From Trichoplax sp. H2 (Eukaryota): a DNA stretch of 64,000 bases. Of the stretch, positions 12,101-25,409 are shown piece by piece. The position numbers were made by a program, and so were the translations under genes. Position 1 is the first letter of the stretch; each line of letters starts with the position of its first letter. The stretch lies in NCBI GenBank assembly GCA_003344405.1, contig NOWV01000141.1, positions 124,001-188,000 of the forward strand. Reading direction: 5' to 3'. The notes under the pieces are model-generated. The model was not told the DNA's origin. It made no database searches and was given only the letters and a program-made list of their open reading frames with translations.

Positions 12101-14590
12101 TATAAGCTTGTTTCGATCTTCTACTCTTCTTGTAGGCTGAATTATTCGGCCGAGACTTTGCTTACCTATTACAAGTTATTACTCTTGAAACGGATCATTA
12201 TTTAAATAAATTTTAGCCTGTTTTAGAGCACTTGCAGCGACAATATCTCTTTTAAAATTCGATATCTACGTTGTTCGATAAGCATTGCTTTAACTTTCCC
12301 TATAGGCTATCCGTAAGTCCCTCACGTTGCCACAGCCAGAAGGCTATTTTGGCAAAACCTGTGTTGGAATTAAATATTTAAATCAATGTTTCGTTTTCAA
12401 ACAGTGGCATTATCAGGTTGGTCATGACTAATGCATCTAGTCTAGTACAATTTAAGCATCGTTAACCTAATGCCTAAGCTTAAATAATCCTGATCACTTC
12501 GTATCAATTCATTCTTGTGATTACAAATAATGTATCATCTGAAATCTGACTCAGATCGTAATTAAAGCTAGAAAAAATCTTCGACAAGGAGCAATGCGTT
12601 TATCTAAGTATATCTTTAACTTGATCCAGTTTTTAAATAATCTTTTATAACTGTAAAGATAGTTTTCCATTTTAGATCACCAGCATATTAACACCCGTTG
12701 GTTATCTCTGTTAAAGATTAGAGCATAGAAATGTTATCAGGGTACTACAATTCTATCTAGAATTCAACGGAGTTGTAGAGGAATCTGGAGCTGAAAGTTT
12801 AAGTGATCGTATGATTGATATGGTAAAGACTAATTTCAAATTTAATGCGAGCCCCATCATGACAGTTAATTAAAAGAAAATCAATCCATTACCATCTATT
12901 CTAGTATATAGCACTTTAAGGACCATTTTAGGACAGATTATATACACACCTGTTGATGAGGATTGGATTAAGTTTCATTGGAACTTTGTTCTTAAGCTAT
13001 GCTCTACCCATTCCATTGCAGAATCCAAACAGATTATTAGGGTGCTACCAACGTCATGTAATCCTTTCCAATGTGGTTGAAGGATTATCCTACCTACATT
13101 CGAAAGAAATCGTTCATAACAACCTAACAGGGTAAATTTCATTAAAGCCAATCATCGAATAAATGACCGTTATAGAGACTTATATTCTCAATTATGAATT
13201 GATTATAGGAAAAATATAATTCTCACCAGTGATGGCACCGCTAAAATAACTCATGGTGGCTATTATACGGTCTTTCCAGAAGCAATATCTAATATCAAAG
13301 TAGATGGATTTAAAAATTCTCAGAACAAACTAGGTTATTACAGTTCCAACGCATACAATGGAATAGTTGAAAAATCCAATGACATATTCAGTCTAGGGGC
13401 GGTAAGTCCTTCATTCTTCTTTCTATTCAATACTTCTTCAATTTTTATCCTACATATGTTGTTACTGCAAGCGATTGCCATTAAAATAGGCTAATGTGAA
13501 TCGTATTGGTAGCCAGTCTTGATAACATTTGAATACTTTAATTTTGGAAGGTAATCTTTCTGCTGTTATGTGGGAAAGAGCCATATTTGTGTACTGAAAA
13601 CGGAAAAGATGTTGATGCGGTAGGTTACTCTCCAAGCTAAAATGGATTCCTTATAACTGCTTTAAAAAAAATTTGTTCCTACCATTCCTAGTTACTTTAG
13701 ATTCAATCTATTGAATACCTATCGATCATAATATGATTTTCATATAGAAATTTCCTCAACTATGTCACAGTCTACAAATCAACTTACAATAACTACTTTA
13801 AATGTTTTCAAGTCAAGGATATTTAACTATATCTTAAGAATCTGGATCTGTCATCTTGTTTCTTAAAATGTACAGCTAAAATAGATATCAAGCGCTTGTA
13901 GATCTATTAGTGAATTCGCGATAGCATTCTAAAATTAGTTCGTCTAGTCAGCGATTATTTCATATAAAATATTACCTTTCAATTATGATCTATCGCTAGA
14001 CTGCGATAGTTTATTTTAGCGTAAGCCATAAATTGTCGATATGTTAGCATGCAATAACAGGCCATAAATACTCGCCTTTTAATTTAGCATCTGTATGAAA
14101 AAATTATTCCCTTTTGACATGTTATGAATTCTCGTTGATCATCATAGAGATCAATACTTCAAGACAAGAAAAAGCGAAAAACTCTAAAAGATAAACGGAT
14201 CAAATGGGCGAAAAATCCCCAACTTTCTACTACTACATATAGAAAATGTTTAGTATCAATCGCTAAAAATTGTATGAAGGAAAAATTAAGCGAAAGACTA
14301 AGTATTTATCAGGTAAAGATATACAAACTATCAGTAAATTTCAGTTTTTAGTTGATTGAAAGCATTCATGTCTGCTATGGTGATGGATATACATCTTGAT
14401 GATATCCGTCGCTACCTTGTCGATTTTAGTCAAGAGTAGCGCTAGAAATATTCAACCTTATGTTGTAACCTTTGATGACCTTCAATAGATCAAGAAAACA
14501 CTGCGAAGCTGTTTGGATATTTATTTCAGCGGTACTGATGATATGCTAACTACAGGATATGTATCAGTGAACGATTGTGATGATGAATAA
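9150..14590 (+). CDS. PK2: Pelle/IRAK-like pseudokinase, ~400 aa, close paralog of PK1
   Basis: Exons 9150-9227 (MANNDQAKTQNSFIRTCCCFYNGENK), 11731-11946, 12306-12416, 12555-12607, 12717-12822, 13022-13131, 13209-13401, 13551-13619, 14148-14312, 14489-14590. Five kinase exons have the same lengths as in PK1 (111/53/106/110/193). Motifs EGYFGKT, FVFK, VHNNLTGKN, KITHGGYY, DIFSLG. Confidence 0.88.
10176..10976 (+). mobile_element. Solo-LTR-like element (~440 bp) in PK2 intron 1, represented twice across an assembly gap
   Basis: TGTCAC...GTGACA termini, TATATAA ~10442 then AATAAA 10466, flanking 5-bp direct repeat ATATT (10171-10175 / 10977-10981). Second copy, inverted, at 58515-58955. Confidence 0.75.
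10646..10665. other. Assembly gap (20 N) with duplicated overlap on either side
   Basis: 10666-11003 repeats ~10231-10645, including the unique flank atattatacctgtatgcaaggttgaaag, with SNPs and a ~75-bp deletion. Confidence 0.9.
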
Positions 14591-15614
14591 TCCCTTTCCT
14601 GTCGTTCATGAAAGATTCGGAAAATAAAAATGATCATACGAGTAAACTGTTAGCTAGAAGGTATAGCCATTCTTTAATCGTTATCTATAGAATATGTACA
14701 CTTTAAATCTTAATGGTTGGGAATTGACGCATTCTTGCTTAAATGATTCAGTAGTTTGCATATTACATTAATATGACATACGAAGGTCCATAAAGGTATA
14801 CCTGCATGCAAAGGATCATAGCGTTCTAATAGTTTTACAAGAATTGGCAATATAAAACACAGTTACTTGTTCACATGATTAAGCATAACCTTAATTTATA
14901 TATAGTACAAAATATGCACAATTACAGCTGCTTTGTATAGTTTATTTGCCATTTATAACAATAAAGCCAGTTTATAATTAATTATAATCATAGATTTTAA
15001 TTAACAATATCCGATTCGCCCTGCTGATATATTTTTTAGCTTGATTAATCAGGTGCAATTTCAGTTTATAGTTTCTTGACTTTTAGAGATATTGGACTAA
15101 ACCAGACTGAATACAAATATTCATACACGATATCCTTAATTAATTATACAAATATTTTCAAATATTTAAGGACTCAGAATAAGTAGATAAACATTATACC
15201 AGCGTAAATACAAATAAATATGTATAGAGAGGTTCAGATTATGTGAATTAATTCATATTATGAAAAAAGGTAAATCGTGAAATAAATCGATCGGAATTTT
15301 AAGACAGAATTGCATTATTTCTTAACTAAGGTTATGAATCACATGAAATTTAATGGACTCTATCATTTACAATCTATTTGCTATATGGAAGCAGAGTTCA
15401 GTCAATGATAAGTAAAGTATTACAAGATTATTGACACAATTTCGATTGGTGAAATTTTAGTAAACTAATAAATTAATTTTCAACGAAATAATGATTGTTA
15501 ATAAGGACACGATGCTAAGTTTTGAACAGCATCTACCGTAACAGATTGACAACTACTTCAAGTTCCCGTCATAATTTTATCGTTTAGGTTTTATTTCCTA
15601 TTTAAATCCTAGTA

Positions 15615-18600
15615 TTAATTTGGAGGATCTGCGAGGAAATTCTTAATCTCTAACAAGGTTCTGTAGCACTGAAAACAGAATAAAAACACTTTAAGTTGCT
15701 ACGCAAGATTACATGTAGTACCGAATACCGAGAATTTCAAGAAGTGAGATAAATAGTGTATTCAGCATTTAGGACATAAAATAAAATCAAGGCTCAGATT
15801 AAAAAATTTCCAATATTTTTAAATCGTTTTATCGATAGATTATTTTTATCAAGACTTGAGCTCTAAATAGTTCAATATTACAGTATTTTATAAAGAATGT
15901 GATTGACTGTTTACTTCAGGAAGTAAAAGTTGATATAAAACTTGTCGAGAGCTTTTAAAAGTTTTAAGGTCATTAGCATATACTAGGATAGCTTATGAAA
16001 TGAAAATGCAATGGCAAAGTTAAACAGTATTGTTGCCATTTACTTCACTCATCGTTGGACGTTCAAGACGATCCTTTTTCAGGCATTCATATGCAATTTC
16101 TTGCATTTCTTCTGATGAAAAGACGTATTCATTGCTTGGCCACTCAATATCTTCGTCACAATAAAATAACATTTCCGGATTTCCACAGCATTGCAAGAAA
16201 TGATCACCCTATCAAAGATTAATATTTATTAGCGTAATGAGTGACACCAAATATTTATGTATTAGAATAGAAGAAATATTTATGTACATCACAACTAAAG
16301 TAAAAGAATGAAAATTTTATTTGTATACTATATGGTCAAGCGCTCGGGCGATGAATTTCTTAATTAAATTGTAATTTTAATGTTACACAAAATATCTATG
16401 AGGTTTAATACCTATAATTAATAAAGCAGTAAGTGTAATATTTGTATTAGAATGTTGATACATATTTTAATAGAATATCGTATCCAAGATATTCTTATAC
16501 GATCGATCGTTTCCATTAACAAAAACTCTTCTCAAGAAGTATACCATTAATAACACCTGGATAATGCTGAGCGTAGGATAACTTATCCTAAAATCTGTTT
16601 TCTTCAGTCTTATTCTAGACCATGTATAGAATTGATATAATAACTTTACTACATATGCATAAGTTGAAATATTATATTGATTCTTAGATATCTATTGAGT
16701 TTTGGCTAAACTCATCACATAGACTACATCAAGTTAATCTGCCGAGCAAATAGTATTGTAATATGATCAATAGAAGACGCTAATAAATATCCCTAACGAT
16801 CGAGAATCTGATTTTTTAGTATTCCTCTTGAAACCGAAGAGTAGAGTGCTCATATATTGGTATGCATATGCTTACTAGATAGACAGGCTTGTCGGCTGAT
16901 GGAACTGAAATATCCGGTTTGTAGCTAGATAAGCCAGAAACAATTTCTAGGACAATCTTAATAATAAATAACATTTAGAATTCCGTCAGCACTTCAGTAA
17001 GTTATGGAAATGCAGAAAATTTAAATCTGAAATATGCGGTGTAATTTAGATATAAAAACTATATTATTGGTATAAGAACTTACAATTCCATAGCTATAGG
17101 AATCAAATTTACCAGATGCGATTCCACTATCAAGATCGGGCGGCATGTAACCTTTCAAATATTTTTGACGTTCTGTTGGGGTTGGGCTATAATATATTTC
17201 TTGTAAATCAATTGGCTTCAGTAGTCCATAATCGGACAACTTGGGTTCCAAAGCTTGATTTAGTAGAACATTGTTGCTATTAAGTAGCAGATGCATTTTA
17301 TTCTTGCAAAATGCATCATGTAAGTAAGCTAAACCACTTGCAATTCCCATTAATACTTTAATACGTATATCAAAGGATAAAGGCTTAGTCTATGATTTAG
17401 ACGTCGATTATTCCGATTCATGTTTATGAAAGCCAGTTTAAAAGGAGGATAAGAAAAACAGCTTGTGAGTAACAATAGATACAACGACACAATTCAAAGC
17501 ATAGATTTGAATATGAACGCAAATTTAAATAGCGGAAAAGAAAAGTACTGTTAAAGCAATAGTAGATACAGCAAGGTAATTCAAAAGATGCATTCTAAAT
17601 TTGGTATCATTTGCTCTATTGCAATTCCATGCCACTGATAGTACGTTTTTGGACATGATGGTAGGCTATTATACCAGAACTGAATTTTAAAGCAGGTCAT
17701 GTACATTGCACTGATATAAATAATTCCGAAAGAGGGTATTTCTACTCCGTACTAAATAGAAAAACTGCTTGATGTTGTTTGCCATATTGATATTTACCTT
17801 ATCTTCTAATTTTTTTCGTAGATTTTCATTATCGATAAACTGAGTTAAAACGCACCACTGTCGGTCAATTTTGAGTAATGCAATCGGTTTGACAATATTA
17901 ATATGATTGTAGCTGTTAAATAAGAGTGGATTAAAACGTGAATACATAGTATTTTATTCAAGCTTAACTTTCAAAGGAAATTTGTAAGATAATTACATTT
18001 GTAGCTATAATATTTAGAACTATTTTATTATCGTCTTACTCGATAAGTCCGGCAAAGGTAGGTAATAATTCTGCATACTATATTGGTCATAAAAAAATAC
18101 CTTAGTCGTTACACTAGACAAAATTATCTCGATATAATACAAAAATTGATATTCGTCCAAAGCGGCCGATGTAATATGGATAGAGTAGGATGATTTATAA
18201 TAAATGAAAAGTATTACAGCGGAATACAGCAGTAAAATATAATCCAGCTAGTTGCAATAGAGTAATTTCACATGCCTCTACTTTATCTCTATAGGCCTAG
18301 TATGTGCATTGTAACAGCTGGAATGAGAGCTAAGTAATCCAGTCTCATGAGATAGTAAATTATATATTCTTGTTTGATGTCGTATACTGGTACGATATAT
18401 CGCTTGGCTAGTCATTGATGCAGATTGTTTTACTTACTTTTATAGGATACGAAAATGCAATAATAAAACATAATTCAGTTAATTGCAATAAAAAGAATGT
18501 TATATTCTACTACTTTGCCTTTATAGGATACGTAAATTATAAATAGCAAGAATGGGAGCTAAATAATCTAGTATCATGAGATATAAAATGTCTATTCTAC

Positions 18601-20799
18601 GCTGATGTTTAATATTAGTCGCTATATCACATGGCCAGTCATTAATAAAGATAATTTTTAGATAATTTTATAAGATACGTATATTATACGTATCCTACTC
18701 AGATGTTTCATACTGCCAAATTAAATGGCCAGCAATTAATTCTTGATTGTTCCTACATTTAATTGGATCATCATTCAAAAGGGAAAAAATGCGTCAAACC
18801 CTAAACCAGAAGTTCATAGCTATGAAAAACTAATTCACTATTTTCACAATGTGTCACAGAATGATTGTAAAGCACCAATTTGGTAGTTTCCTCTGTTGAT
18901 AATACTACATCATCATATCTTTCTGAGTATAAAAATATCATCAACTCCTCTATAACAACTATGAAGCTCATCCTACTCTGTCATTTCAGTATTAGCATCG
19001 AGTATTATCTTGCTAGAAAATTGATCCGGAAGCATGAGTTTAGAATCCTTAATACTACAATTAATAACCTCCAGATTCAGCTTTCTAATGGCAACAGCTC
19101 CTAGCTTTCGAATTTCAGCTTTAAAAACTTGACCAAATTCACCCTCACCGAGATAGGCTGGATAATTAATTTCGCTTGACGTAATAATGTCCTTTAACGC
19201 CATCATAATATAACAAGTATCCATTTAGATATTGCATCCGCTATACAATTTATGCTATCACATTATCTTTTACCGATCTGAGTATTCGATGAGGATTGAC
19301 TGGCTGCGATATGAAAAATAACCATAATTTGATTAATAGCGTAGTATACGATATAATTGAGGTCTTAATGGTTCCAAGCTAGCTATATGTAATTACAATT
19401 CCTTTAAAATTATCCACAAGCTTAAGGGTGGTTCAACTGCAATACAATTATTCAATTTAATGTATGATTATCAGTACAGTAACTTCGATTTATCCACAGT
19501 ATCTTTAGGATCGTAAAGCATCTATGTAAAGATTCAATAAAGACTAGAAATAAATATGTAAATAGATAACTAAATACTTTGCCAATAAATAAAAGTAAAT
19601 CAATATAATTGTTATGGGACGATATTGGCCAAAAACGATAGACACAATTTAAAAAATTCCTTGTTAGTTACTTCAATATTTATGATCTAAGCACGAATTA
19701 ATCTAAGTGCAACATGAATAATAAAGCTAGAATCATCGAATCGGATATCTATATTCAGTCCTAGAAATCTTACAAACTAGATATCTATATTAACTGCTCA
19801 AACAGTCTTATTTTCAAACAGGTAAACATTCAATATGAATATCCTACTGGATATTGAACCAAACAGAAACCCCAAAACCAAGAACTATTTTTCCATAACT
19901 TCAGAACTCAGGTCTAAAGTAAAATTCAATCTTGTGTTATTTAAACTAAGATTTTGGAATACTGAAATAGCGTATTAACTGAAATTAATCTTTAGTTGTG
20001 GTAAATTAGTTTCAACCAGCTATTTCATTAAATTAGTATCAGTGATCAAATATAAATGATGATGTTGGCATTGATCTTGAAAGCTTAAATGGATAATAAA
20101 TAAGATTAAATGGTAGACATAGATGAATTAAAAGTGACCATGCCACAAACATCAAAATTTTGCTCCATATAAACGAATTAGTTTTGGTGGATGTGACATT
20201 CAATATCGCATTCTAGTCAACAGGGTTAATAGTGATATCATATTGCGAATAGGTGCCTAAGATATATACTTAGAGAAGTAAAGGTTTATGCTAATATGAT
20301 TTACAGATCTGTTATGACATTATTTAGATAGAATAGGCCTCATGTTGAGTGTTAGGTGGCTACCATTTTAAATCTTGAATAAAGGTAGCGTAATTAGCTT
20401 TAATTAGAGAGAATAAGCGATTGATCAGTTAGCTTTAAATTAATATATTTTATAGAGGGATACTATAAAAGTAGACAATCTATATCGAAGACCGTTGAAA
20501 AAATTTGAGTGTCAGTACGCCTGAAGTAAGATAGCATGATTAGCATCTAGAAATTGAAAAATTGAACGTTAATCTTGGATATCAATTCAAAATTGTACCC
20601 ATGGAAAATAAATCAAGGAAATGGACACAAATTTCGCGAACTAATCACTTTTACCACACAAATAAATAATCCTACAACTGAAAACTACGACTAATGGAGT
20701 AATCGCAGTGATTATCTTTTCAAGTAAGATTAGCACTCCTACTGCATTTTGCATTACCTTGAATATAGGAGTTGATGGTTTCTTGCACGCGTTTCCCAT
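15615..20799 (-). CDS. PK3: predicted N-myristoylated Pelle/IRAK-like pseudokinase, ~317 aa, kinase domain only
   Basis: Minus-strand exons 20758-20799 (MGNACKKPSTPIFK), 19274-19303, 19069-19191 (LGEGEFGQVFK..VAIRK), 18040-18077, 17798-17912 (YNHINIV), 17084-17389 (GIASGLAYLH..MHLLLNSNNVLL..KLSDYG..GYMPPD..DSYSYG), 16876-16956, 16044-16208 (ECL..ERP), 15615-15668. All phases join. Confidence 0.87.
18290..18690. repeat. Degenerate duplication (~230 bp period) in a PK3 intron
   Basis: gagctaa.taatc.agt.tcatgagata at ~18327 and ~18556; ttataggatacg/ttataagatacg at ~18440, 18521, 18668. Confidence 0.65.
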
Positions 20800-21619
20800 T
20801 GGATCTCAGCAATGATGGATAGTGCAATTAGAAGGAGAACTTTTAATAGAAATTTCTGATTTCTTTCGTTCAAATTGAATGGCTATCACAGTTTATAATG
20901 GTGCTTTGAGTGGAGAAGATTAGACAGCGTCCGTAGCAAAATACTTGATCGAGTCTGTCAATAAAAAGATGCAATTTTCATGCAGTCAATTGGCTAGCAG
21001 AGTGATAATACAACCGATAAATCAAATAGAGTGAAATATTGTCCGTTGTACAACCAACCAATATGGCGACGTAAGCAATGAAAAGTAATCATCAAATGAC
21101 ATCATTTAGCGTTATTAGCTCTTTAAGTCTTGGCGTCCTATAGGAAGTAGATCAGACGTCATTAAACCTTTACTACGGACAATAAAGTCAATCGAGTTTG
21201 TTTGCTAGCCCATATGACGGAGAGTTTACGTTCTTGCAATGAATAACCTTCATCATTTGCTACCATATGGTTCAAGAATCTCTCTATTCCACCCGTGGAA
21301 AACTTTTATTCTGGGCTACGGACAAACAACCACTTAATAAAGCAATTATGATGGGGATGTTTCTCATTCAACCTAATATAGCTATAAATCCAATTTAGGT
21401 TTTGGCAATCAAGTTATTTTCTAATTTGTTGATTACCGTGATTTAGCCATCAATTTAATCGATCATATAACACTTTTCTAATATGATGGAGATTTTCACA
21501 ACTTTTTACTTCGAGTTCCAATTCCGTAATATTGACATAGCATATTGTAACACTAATGTTATCCCTAATTTGAATTTATCGCCGGTAAAGATCATGCAGC
21601 ACAGTCGAAATATTGACAT

Positions 21620-22830
21620 ATTAATAATAAACTGAATAGAAAAGGGAACTATCAATCGCCAGTAAATTGTAAATTGGATCGATTAATTTAATCTAAAATA
21701 GTTTATTCCTATTCGCCATAGCGATAAGATAGGAGAAGCCGTACTTGTCTACCGTAATAATTATGATCTGGTCCAGCTTATATTAATCTCTTAGCTTCAA
21801 GTTTTAATGGGAATTAGCTCATAGGTAGAAATTATTTATTAATAGGCCTTTTCTAAACACTGATGAAAAAATGCTTGACTCATTTTCTTCTCTGTATGAT
21901 CTTCCGCGTTTTAAACAGTAGGTATCACGCTATTAGATCACTTTATAATGATGGCAGCTTATTTCTTAATCCATACAATCATGATCTATAATTTCCCTCC
22001 CTGAATTAAAATCGTAGACTTTATAACGCTTTACTATAGTAATAAACTGAATAGAAAAAATGACTATCGATTGCCAGCAAATGGTGTATTATATCGACTA
22101 ATTTAATTTGAAAAAAGTTCACCTCTATTCGCCAAGGCGATTAGATAGGAACATAAATACACATATACTGTAATGTTTATGTTCTGATCCTAATCATATT
22201 AATCTTTTAGCTTTAATTAAACTGTGATAAGAATTAGCTCGCAGGCTGAATTTAAGAGACCCTTTTAAACCTACTGATGAAAAGGTTCTTGTCTCATTTT
22301 CTTCTCTAAATGATCTTCTACTTTTTAATCGTGGGTATCATGATATTAAGATTATTTTATAGTTGAGGGTAGCTTTATTTCCATACTCCATAGAATGATG
22401 ATCTATGATCCCTTCCCTGTATTAAAATTATTGACATTGCAATACTTTGCTATAAATAATAAACTGAATAGAAAAGGTAGTAATCAATCGGCAGTCAACT
22501 GTACATTGAATTGATTAATTGAACTTAAAAAGTTCACCCCTGCTGGTCATGGCAAAAAGTTGCGTCGAGCAGAAGAACACATCTACTAAATAATTATAAT
22601 CTGGTCCTGCTTCTGATCTCTTAGCGTTCAGTTTTGATGAGAATTAGCTCTCAGACTGAAAATATTTAAAAGACCTATTCTAAACCTACTGATGAAATTG
22701 CTTTTCTCATTTTCTTCTCCAAACAATTTTCTACTTTTTAATCCTGGGTATCATACTACTAAGATCACTTTATAGCCTATAGTAGCTTTGCCTTCCTACT
22801 TCATAGGATTATCGGTGATCCCCTATATCA
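21620..22830. repeat. Degenerate tandem triplication, ~415-bp unit
   Basis: aataaactgaatagaaaa at ~21626, 22041, 22458; ctcattttcttctc at ~21879, 22293, 22706. Confidence 0.9.
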
Positions 22831-24404
22831 GACATTACATTACTTTGCTACTTTTCAAGGCCAATTACAAATTTTCTCATTTCGACAATAAATACAGTAT
22901 TGCTGATACTATATTTAATAATATAATTCTTACACTAATAAATTATCTGCCATAATCTGATAATATTGCAGACAATATAACCCTATTTTCCATTTAATTC
23001 TCATTTCTAATCGACATAATTATCATGAACTCGTATTTAGACTTTAGACAGAAAACTACCAACACTTATTTTTACAAATCTCCATCTCATTTTTATTCTA
23101 GAGAGTGATAGTTTCCCAGGTAAGAAATCAAAGATACTATTTTTGCGGAGTAGATTTACTTGATACAGGGCATAAAAATATCACTATCCTGACTGCCATA
23201 ATAGATACATCAAGATCCAGTTATTGCAGCTTAGCTGGGAAGGACAAAGGATAGCAATCAGATTTAGAGCAAAGCAGGAGATCAAAGATACTATTTTGTG
23301 AAGTAGATTCCTTTATCCTCATCAATTTCTAATGATGATCGATAATACTAACGATATCGAAGCATACTTATGGCATGATTTTCTCCAGTGCACAGATAAG
23401 TCCTTAGTGATGGTGATTTATTTATGGTTAACACCTGTATAGAATGACGAAAGCTATTCAATTCTTAGCTTTTAAGAAAAGGATTAAAGATTGGATAGCT
23501 AGGTATGTCTCCATTTTCTCAACCGTGTGGATAAAAACTTCATAACGGCAATTGAATCAAAGTTCATAAAATTTGTATAGAATGACGACAACTATTCAAA
23601 GCTTAACTTTTTGCAAAAGGATTAGGCAATCGGTAGCGAAAACGATCATATATTGTAGTGAATCTAATACAGGCAGAAGTAAAAGAAAATCATTTGTATA
23701 GCTCGTTTCTAATAGTCTCCTTAATTTTCAATTAAGCGAGAAAGGCTTACCGGTAGTAATTCTTAGTAGTCGTGGCTATATTTTCGAATTAAAGGAATTT
23801 GCTGAACATGACCGATGAGTAGGGTTGTTATGATCTGACTGCTTTTAGAGACGATAACAAGTTTGGCATCGTTGAAAGCAATTTCTATTCTTGACTGATA
23901 TTACGGCTCAGATGTAACTAATTTTTATTCAACGCAAGGACTGACTATTTATTGCCACTTTCCATAAAGATATGCGAAATTAAAACGTCTTGAAATAAGA
24001 GAATATTCGCTACTTTCCAAATAGACTGTTTAACTGGGATGTATGTCTGCTGTCATGATGAATGATACAGTAAAAGTATTACATAGAAGCAGGTACCTAA
24101 GGTTTTTAAGACTTGCTTTCGAACAAAGATGCTCTGGAAATGTAGATACCACTGCAGGTGTCAAAATTCTTTTAGTTATAGTATTAAGCCATAATAAAAA
24201 TTGTTGTACAGTACACGAGGATGTGTCTTAATCTTAATACTGTAGAAGCAGCCTATATGCTAGTAACCGGGGTGCTAGAGTTAAGTAAATAATAATAATA
24301 TTAAGATTTGTTTAAGTAGAGGAACTGGGCTGCAATCGTTAAATTCAAGTCCTTCGTCACTAATGCAATTGTAATCTCTCTGATTTATACATCGTTGTAT
24401 CCTT

Positions 24405-25025
24405 CTAAGAGAAAATCGGGAATAACAGGGATAGTGGATTGACTAATACTCATTCTTCGCTTGGTCAAGAAATGGTATGGAATGTTCTGTCGATCCATAT
24501 CCAATAGTTAAAAATTTGAAAGTGCTAATTTGTTGCATTTAGTTTATTCATCGATGTTAGAATCATAAGCTAGTCTTTTAATCCTGATTTCAAGATCTTG
24601 ACGTTCTTTGAAGCGAAAATCAGGAACAACAGGGATAATGGATTGATAACTGCTCATTCTTTGCTTGATCAAGAAATTGTAGGTATGCTCTATCGATCTG
24701 TGTCCAAAGTTCTTCGTAGAGGAAATCAAGAATAACTGGGAAAATGGGTTGATCATTGCTCATTCTTCGCTTTGTCAAGAATGCTATAGAGAATGCGATC
24801 TCGATCTATGCCCAATGGTTGAAGATGCTAATTTGATGCATTCAATTCTTTCGTCGATATTAGAATCGTAATCGAGTCTTTTAACCTATCCAACTTCAAG
24901 ATCTCTAGGACCTTCCAAGAGAAAATCGGGAATAACGGGGATAGTAGATTGATAAATACCCATTTTTCGCTTGGTCTGGAAATCTTAGGCTAAGCTATGT
25001 CGATCTATGTCTAATAGTTGAAGGT
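24405..25025. repeat. Degenerate tandem repeat, ~205-bp full unit plus a ~105-bp partial unit
   Basis: gaaaatc.ggaa.aac.gggata.tggattga..ctcattctt.gcttg.tcaagaa at ~24411, 24615, 24722, 24921. Confidence 0.85.
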
Positions 25026-25409
25026 GTTAATATCCAACGCTCGATATGATTCATTCGAAAGCTGAAAGCATTTCTCGGTATGCTGCTGATTTCTGGCTAT
25101 CAAAATCATGACAAGACGAGAATTAGGGTTTCAATTCCCTGGAGAGAATTAATTTTCGCCACAACAAACCAAGGTCCACTACCAACTATGTCCTATACTA
25201 TAATTCAGTCTGGAGATTGATATTAATGCCTGGCAGAACCAATTCCATTAATGGAGTATTCGTAGTAGACCACAAGTAATCAAGAAGGGTAAATAAGTAT
25301 CACTGAAGCAGTAGTATAAAATCTTTCAGTAAAGGATGTGATTTAATCGCTTATTAAATAATAAGCAACAAGGGTAGAATATCCAAACAAACAGATGACT
25401 AGTATATAG

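Noticed and set aside
12830-12868. Minus-strand NCHDGARIK, a second DAC-like HDGA motif
   Set aside because: Lies in a short PK2 intron with no downstream GxxHxxA motif. It shows HDGA can arise by chance, which also tempers the 1629-1965 call.
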